Source of the DNA: Candidatus Binataceae bacterium
GTDB lineage: Bacteria; Desulfobacterota; Binatia; Binatales; Binataceae
DNA: 64,000 bases
Assembly: GCA_035294265.1 (NCBI GenBank)
Contig: DATGLK010000102.1
Location: forward strand, 19,614 to 83,613
Direction of reading: 5' to 3'
Shown: positions 59,583-64,000 of the stretch, in pieces
How the letters are laid out: each line of letters starts with the position of its first letter
Position numbering within the stretch: the first letter of the stretch is position 1
Position numbers and translations under genes: made by a program
The notes under the pieces: model-generated
Told to the model about the DNA's origin: nothing
Seen by the model: only the letters and a program-made list of their open reading frames with translations
The model's database searches: none

Positions 59583-60608
59583 TTAAAATTGCTCGAGAAA
59601 GCGCAGGTCGTTGTCCAGAAACAATCGCATGTCGTCCACCCCCAACGTCAGCATCGCAGTCCGTTCGATTCCTACCCCGAAGGCAAAACCCTGATATTGC
59701 TCGGGATCGTAACCGACCGCGCGCAGAACGTGGGGATGAATCATGCCCGAGCCGAGGATCTCGACCCATCCCGCCTGTTTGCATACCCGGCAACCAGACC
59801 CGCCACACAACAGACAACCGATATCGACCTCGGCACTGGGTTCGGTGAAAGGAAAGAAGCTGGCGCGAAAGCGCACCTTGGTGTCGGCGCCGAACAGCCC
59901 GCGCAAAAATTCGCTCAACACACCCTTCAAATCCGCCATCGTGATGATGCCCGCGCGATCGACCATGAAGCCCTCAATTTGCCCAAACATTGGGGCCGCG
60001 CGCACACTCAATTCATCGCGCCGGTAGCAATTGCCCGGGCAGATCACGGCCAGCGGCGGGCGGCGCTTTTGCATGACGTGAATCTGCCCATTGGAAGTAT
60101 GGGTCCGCAGGAGCAGCCCGCCGGACACAAAAAAGGTGTCCTGCATCTCGCGCGCGGGATGGTCGGGAGGAAAGTTGAGCGCCGAAAAATTATGGAAGTC
60201 GTCGTCGATATCCTGGGTCTCGATCACCTCGAAGCCCATTGCTTCGAACAATCCGACCATCCGGTTGGCGACCTGAGTCAGCGGATGCAATCGGCCGCGT
60301 CGCAGGCGCAATCCCGGCAGGGTCACGTCTACCCGTTCGGCTGCCAGTGCCTGCTCCATCTCACGCCGGCGCAGCTCGGCTTGCAACTGCTCGATACGCT
60401 CCTCCAGCTCGCGTTTGATCTGATTGACGAGCTGACCGACCAGCGGCCGCTGCTCGGCCGGCAGGTCGCGCATCCCCCGCATCACCTGGGTCAGTTCTCC
60501 GGTTCGGCCCAGCACCCTCACCCGCACCGCTTCAATTTGGGCCCCGTGCGCATCTTCGGCCAACTCGGCCAGTGCGCGAGCTCGGATTGCTTCCAATTGT
60601 TCTTTCAT
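59583..60608 (-). CDS. pheS: phenylalanine--tRNA ligase alpha subunit
   Basis: 341 aa; class II motifs (FRxSFFPFTEPSAE, GSGM...GVGIERTAML), immediately upstream of pheT. Confidence 0.95.
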   Translation of the reverse strand: MKEQLEAIRARALAELAEDAHGAQIEAVRVRVLGRTGELTQVMRGMRDLPAEQRPLVGQLVNQIKRELEERIEQLQAELRRREMEQALAAERVDVTLPGLRLRRGRLHPLTQVANRMVGLFEAMGFEVIETQDIDDDFHNFSALNFPPDHPAREMQDTFFVSGGLLLRTHTSNGQIHVMQKRRPPLAVICPGNCYRRDELSVRAAPMFGQIEGFMVDRAGIITMADLKGVLSEFLRGLFGADTKVRFRASFFPFTEPSAEVDIGCLLCGGSGCRVCKQAGWVEILGSGMIHPHVLRAVGYDPEQYQGFAFGVGIERTAMLTLGVDDMRLFLDNDLRFLEQF

Positions 60609-60672
60609 GAGTTCTCGCTGAGCAGAAAGCTAAGCCGCCAGTTTGCACTAGGGAGGCCGGAAGGTAACGCCG

Positions 60673-60714
60673 CCGACAACAAAAAGACCATGTGGAGAGC
60701 GGCCACATGGTCTT
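60673..60714 (-). terminator. rplT-pheS intergenic hairpin with U-tract (terminator/attenuator)
   Basis: Perfect 12-bp inverted repeat aagaccatgtgg/ccacatggtctt (60684-60714) with a 7-nt loop. On the transcribed (minus) strand it is followed by uuuuuguugu. Confidence 0.5.
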
Positions 60715-60739
60715 TGGCAGCGGGAGGTGACGCTCGCGT

Positions 60740-61105
60740 TTAAGCCGCCTCCGCCCCCAACGCGCTTTTGGCGGTATTGACCAATTCGGCGAACAGCCCG
60801 TCGCGCTCCATTGCCAACGCGGCCAACTGCTTGCGGTCGATGGCAACGTTGGCTTTATTCAAGCCATCGATCAGGCGGCTGTAGCTGAGCCCGTACTCGC
60901 GCGCCAAGGCGTTAATCCGGGTCACCCACAAGGCGCGGAATTCCCGTTTCTTGTGCTTGCGATCGCGATAGGCGTACGTCAGCCCTTTCTCCAGGGTGTT
61001 GCGCGCCTGACGATAAAGTTTTCGGCCGCCTACATAACCCGAAGCAAGCTTGAGCTGGCGCTTATGTCGGCGATGAGATTTGGGGCCACCTTTGGTACGA
61101 GGCAT
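60740..61105 (-). CDS. rplT: 50S ribosomal protein L20
   Basis: MPRTKGGPKSHRRHKRQLKLASGY...RDRKHKKREFRALWVTRINAAAR-type sequence, 121 aa. Confidence 0.95.
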   Translation of the reverse strand: MPRTKGGPKSHRRHKRQLKLASGYVGGRKLYRQARNTLEKGLTYAYRDRKHKKREFRALWVTRINALAREYGLSYSRLIDGLNKANVAIDRKQLAALAMERDGLFAELVNTAKSALGAEAA

Positions 61106-61123
61106 CGAAACAACTTCCTTGGT

Positions 61124-61327
61124 TTACGAATTACCGTAGGGCACCAACTGGCGGGCCCGTTTGGTATCGGCCTGACTCAAAATTCCCGGCTGCCGCAAAT
61201 GGCGCTTGCGGCTGCGATTCTTGGAACTGTTAAGATGGCGCAAATAAGCCTTCTTATGCTTGACCTTACCGGTCTTGGTCATGCGGAAGCGCTTGGCCGC
61301 GCTACGATTGGTTTTAAGCTTGGGCAT
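61124..61327 (-). CDS. rpmI: 50S ribosomal protein L35
   Basis: MPKLKTNRSAAKRFRMTKTGKVKHKKAYLRH..., 67 aa, between infC and rplT. Confidence 0.9.
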   Translation of the reverse strand: MPKLKTNRSAAKRFRMTKTGKVKHKKAYLRHLNSSKNRSRKRHLRQPGILSQADTKRARQLVPYGNS

Positions 61328-61337
61328 CCTTCGCCTC

Positions 61338-61874
61338 TCAGCGGGGCGTGAGCAGCACCGACATGTTCCGACCTTCCATCCGCGCGCTCCCCTCGGGTTG
61401 CGCTATATCTTGCACCAAGCCAAGGATCTGCGCCAGTATCGCCTGCCCCAGTTCGGGATGAGTGATTTCACGGCCCCGGAAAAAAATCGATACCTTAACA
61501 CGCTGCCCCTCTTCGACAAAGCGGCGCACATGCTTGACCTTGAATTCCAGGTCATGCTTGTCCGTGCGCGCCCCCATCTTCACCTCCTTGACCGCGGAGG
61601 CCGAGGCATGGCGGCGGCTATCGTGCGCCTTTTTCTTTTGAGTGTAGCGATACTTGTCGAAGTCCATCACGCGGCATACCGGCGGTTGCGCCGTGGCCGC
61701 GACCTCGACCAGATCCAAACCTCGACTCTGCGCCAGGGCCAACGCGTCGTGCGCGCTCATCACGCCTGCCTGGCGTCCGTCGGAGTCGATTACCCGCACC
61801 TCGGGGCTACGGATGTATTCATTGACGCGGGTCACAGGTTCGCGATTGGGGGGAAGTCTAAAATTTCTAGGGAT
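61338..61874 (-). CDS. infC: translation initiation factor IF-3, probable non-AUG (AUC) start
   Basis: The IF3 core (VRVIDSDGRQAGVMSAHDALALAQSRGLDLVEVAATAQPPVCRVMDFDKYRY...) begins ~15 aa after an in-frame ATC. That ATC is preceded by CAGGAGGTG with a 6-nt spacer. The 48-aa upstream extension in the ORF track has no IF3 counterpart. Confidence 0.8.
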   Translation of the reverse strand: MPRNFRLPPNREPVTRVNEYIRSPEVRVIDSDGRQAGVMSAHDALALAQSRGLDLVEVAATAQPPVCRVMDFDKYRYTQKKKAHDSRRHASASAVKEVKMGARTDKHDLEFKVKHVRRFVEEGQRVKVSIFFRGREITHPELGQAILAQILGLVQDIAQPEGSARMEGRNMSVLLTPR

Positions 61875-61986
61875 AGGACACCTCCTGCTGCTGGCAAGCC
61901 AGCGTTGAATGATCGATGAATTGTATAAAATCGACGCTGGATTCAAGCGGGCGCGCAGTACGCTGGGACCGTGGCATAAGATCGCT

Positions 61987-63903
61987 TCAGGTTGGGAAGG
62001 GCTCTGCTTTAAGCAGTTCAAGCAAGCTATCCACGCTCATAGCTTCATTCTTCTCGCCCCGCAAACGGCGCAGGGAGACCGTGCGGGATTCCGCTTCTCG
62101 TTCTCCCACCACGACCATGAAAGGAATTTTGGCCAACTCGGCGGCGCGAATCTTGAATCCCAGTTTTTCATTGCGCAAATCGCAATGGGCACGCCAGCCG
62201 CCATGCTCGATCAGCAGGCCCAACTCCTTGGCGTAGGCCTCCACCTTCTCACTCAGCGGCAGAACCCGCACCTGCTCGGGGGCCAACCAAAAGGGTAGTA
62301 AACCACCGGTATGCTCCAAAAGTAGGCCGATAAAGCGTTCCAGGGTGCCCAAAATTGCCCGATGAATCATCACGGGCCGCGTTTCCACCCCACTACTGGT
62401 GGTATACTTCAAGTCGAAACGCTGCGGCATGTTAAAATCCAGTTGAATCGTCGCTAATTGCCATTTGCGCCGCAACGCATCGGGCACGTAAATTTCGATT
62501 TTCGGGCCATAGAAGGCCCCCTCGCCCGGATTGATTTCGTAACTGAAGCCGTTGCGCCCCATCGCCTGCGCCAAGGTCGCCTCGGTGCGCTGCCAGGAGG
62601 CCTCGTCACCCAGATGTTGCACCGGCATTGTGGCCAGCTTAAGTTCGATGCGCTCGAAGCCCAGGGCCGAGTAAATCTCGTTGAGCATCCGCAAATTGAG
62701 GTCGATTTCTTCGCCGATCTGCTCGTCGGTGCAGAAAATGTGCGCATCATCCTGCGCCATCGCACGCACCCGGGTCAGGCCGTGCAAAGTACCCGAGCGC
62801 TCGGCGCGATGGAGCCGGCCGAAATCCGCCAGGCGCAGGGGTAAGTCGCGATAAGAGCGCTTCTCCGCTGCGAAGATCACGGCATGGCTGGGACAGTTCA
62901 TCGGTTTAACCGCATAATCCAGCTCCCCGCCGGGATTTTCGCCGTCGGTGGTAAGAAACATGTTATCGCGAAACATCTCCCAATGACCGGAAGTCTGCCA
63001 GAGCTGATTTTTAAAGATCTGCGGGGTAATGACCTCCTGGAAACCGTAGCGGCGGTACAAACGGCGCACGTAAGCGACAAGCTCGTTGTAAATTATCGCT
63101 CCCTTGGGTAAGAAAAACGGACTGCCCGGAGCAATCGGATCGAACATGAAGAGGCCCATCTCGCGGCCCAGCTTGCGATGGTCAAGGGCGCGCGCCAATT
63201 CCAGTAGGCGCAGATGTTCCTCCAGCGCCTCCTTGTCGGCGAACGCGGTGCCGTAGATCCGCGACAGCATCGCGTTATGTTCGTCGCCGCGCCAGTATGC
63301 TCCCGCCACGCTGGTTAGTTTGAAGGCCTTCAAATAGCGGGTGGAGGGCACGTGCGGCCCGCGACACAGATCCATCCATTCGCCCTGGCGATAAATCGAC
63401 ACTCGTTCCTGCTCGATTCCGGCCAGGATCTCGACCTTGTAATGCTCACCGGCGGCTTTGAACCACTCAACCGCTTCGGCCTTGGACACTTCTTGCCGCT
63501 CCACCCGCAGATCCGCTTTGGCCAGCTCCCGCATCCGGGCCTCGATCTTGGGCAAATCCTCCACTGTAAAGGGGGTGGGAGTGGCGAAGTCGTAATAAAA
63601 GCCGTCTTCGATCGTGGGTCCGATGGTGACCTGGGTTCCAGGGTAAAGGCTTTGGACCGCCTGGGCCATCAAGTGCGCGCTGGAATGGCGCAGAATCTCC
63701 AGCCCCTGCGGACTGCGCTCGTCTACCGGCTCAACCACCGCATCGCTGGTCACCGGCCGCCATAGATCGACCGCGACCCCGTTGACCAGGGCCGCGATGG
63801 CACGCACACCGTCAGGCTGCAAGCGCAAAATCTCCGCCGCCGGAGTACCCGCGACCACCTCGTGGACAGCACCCTGCACTGTTACGCGAATAGTCTGGTT
63901 CAT
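61987..63903 (-). CDS. thrS: threonine--tRNA ligase
   Basis: 638 aa; TGS/second-additional-domain N-terminus, class II core (HRAILGSLERF) and C-terminal anticodon-binding domain; upstream of infC as in most bacteria. Confidence 0.95.
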   Translation of the reverse strand: MNQTIRVTVQGAVHEVVAGTPAAEILRLQPDGVRAIAALVNGVAVDLWRPVTSDAVVEPVDERSPQGLEILRHSSAHLMAQAVQSLYPGTQVTIGPTIEDGFYYDFATPTPFTVEDLPKIEARMRELAKADLRVERQEVSKAEAVEWFKAAGEHYKVEILAGIEQERVSIYRQGEWMDLCRGPHVPSTRYLKAFKLTSVAGAYWRGDEHNAMLSRIYGTAFADKEALEEHLRLLELARALDHRKLGREMGLFMFDPIAPGSPFFLPKGAIIYNELVAYVRRLYRRYGFQEVITPQIFKNQLWQTSGHWEMFRDNMFLTTDGENPGGELDYAVKPMNCPSHAVIFAAEKRSYRDLPLRLADFGRLHRAERSGTLHGLTRVRAMAQDDAHIFCTDEQIGEEIDLNLRMLNEIYSALGFERIELKLATMPVQHLGDEASWQRTEATLAQAMGRNGFSYEINPGEGAFYGPKIEIYVPDALRRKWQLATIQLDFNMPQRFDLKYTTSSGVETRPVMIHRAILGTLERFIGLLLEHTGGLLPFWLAPEQVRVLPLSEKVEAYAKELGLLIEHGGWRAHCDLRNEKLGFKIRAAELAKIPFMVVVGEREAESRTVSLRRLRGEKNEAMSVDSLLELLKAEPFPT

Positions 63904-64000
63904 GAACGAACGGAATAAAAGGAGGGCCGCCTGGGGCGCGGGTGGGAACCCGCCGCGAGATAAATCATCGCAACAACAAAACTGGTAGGCACGGGCGGGA

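Noticed and set aside
1-64000. CRISPR arrays, rRNA genes, additional tRNAs, retron/DGR reverse transcriptases
   Set aside because: None seen. The only regular repeats are the coding-sequence repeats (pentapeptide, NHL, beta-helix) and the 160-bp monooxygenase tail duplication.

Overview
High-GC (~63-65%) bacterial chromosome segment. Several sigma-54 activators, F420/LLM-type oxidoreductases, NHL lipoproteins and TatA suggest a soil organism such as Acidobacteria, Deltaproteobacteria, Rokubacteria or Binatia; the lineage cannot be determined by eye. The window has three parts. (1) Positions 1-8400: a tRNA-Leu(UAA) flanked by a truncated integrase, a DUF4143 ATPase and low-GC spacer, followed by a kinase-fold (APH-like) gene, two paralogous sigma-54 activators with an unusual non-receiver N-terminal sensor domain flanking a UspA-CBS gene, and an IS1380-like transposase fragment. 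(2) Positions 8400-50000: a large accessory catabolic island. It contains a 1.4-kaa secreted beta-helix protein; three CocE/NonD hydrolases; three amidohydrolase-2 enzymes; three paralogous MFS transporters; two acyl-CoA-dehydrogenase-fold flavin monooxygenases plus a duplicated 3' fragment; an extradiol dioxygenase; two alpha/beta hydrolases; three luciferase-like monooxygenases; an FAD hydroxylase; three VOC proteins; an SDR; an MBL hydrolase; a pentapeptide-repeat protein in a VOC-PRP-MFS operon; an NHL-repeat lipoprotein; a low-GC secreted Tyr/Trp-rich protein; an IS3/IS481-like transposase tail; a beta-helix lipoprotein; and a low-GC Mrr type IV restriction gene. (3) Positions 50000-64000: core genes. 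These are tatA, an NtrC-type two-component pair divergent from a sigma-54-promoted GT2 membrane glycosyltransferase, and the conserved merR-pheT-pheS-rplT-rpmI-infC-thrS cluster with recognisable intrinsic terminators/attenuator hairpins. No rRNA or CRISPR array was seen. Family assignments are from reading motifs in the translations and should be confirmed by HMM or BLAST searches.
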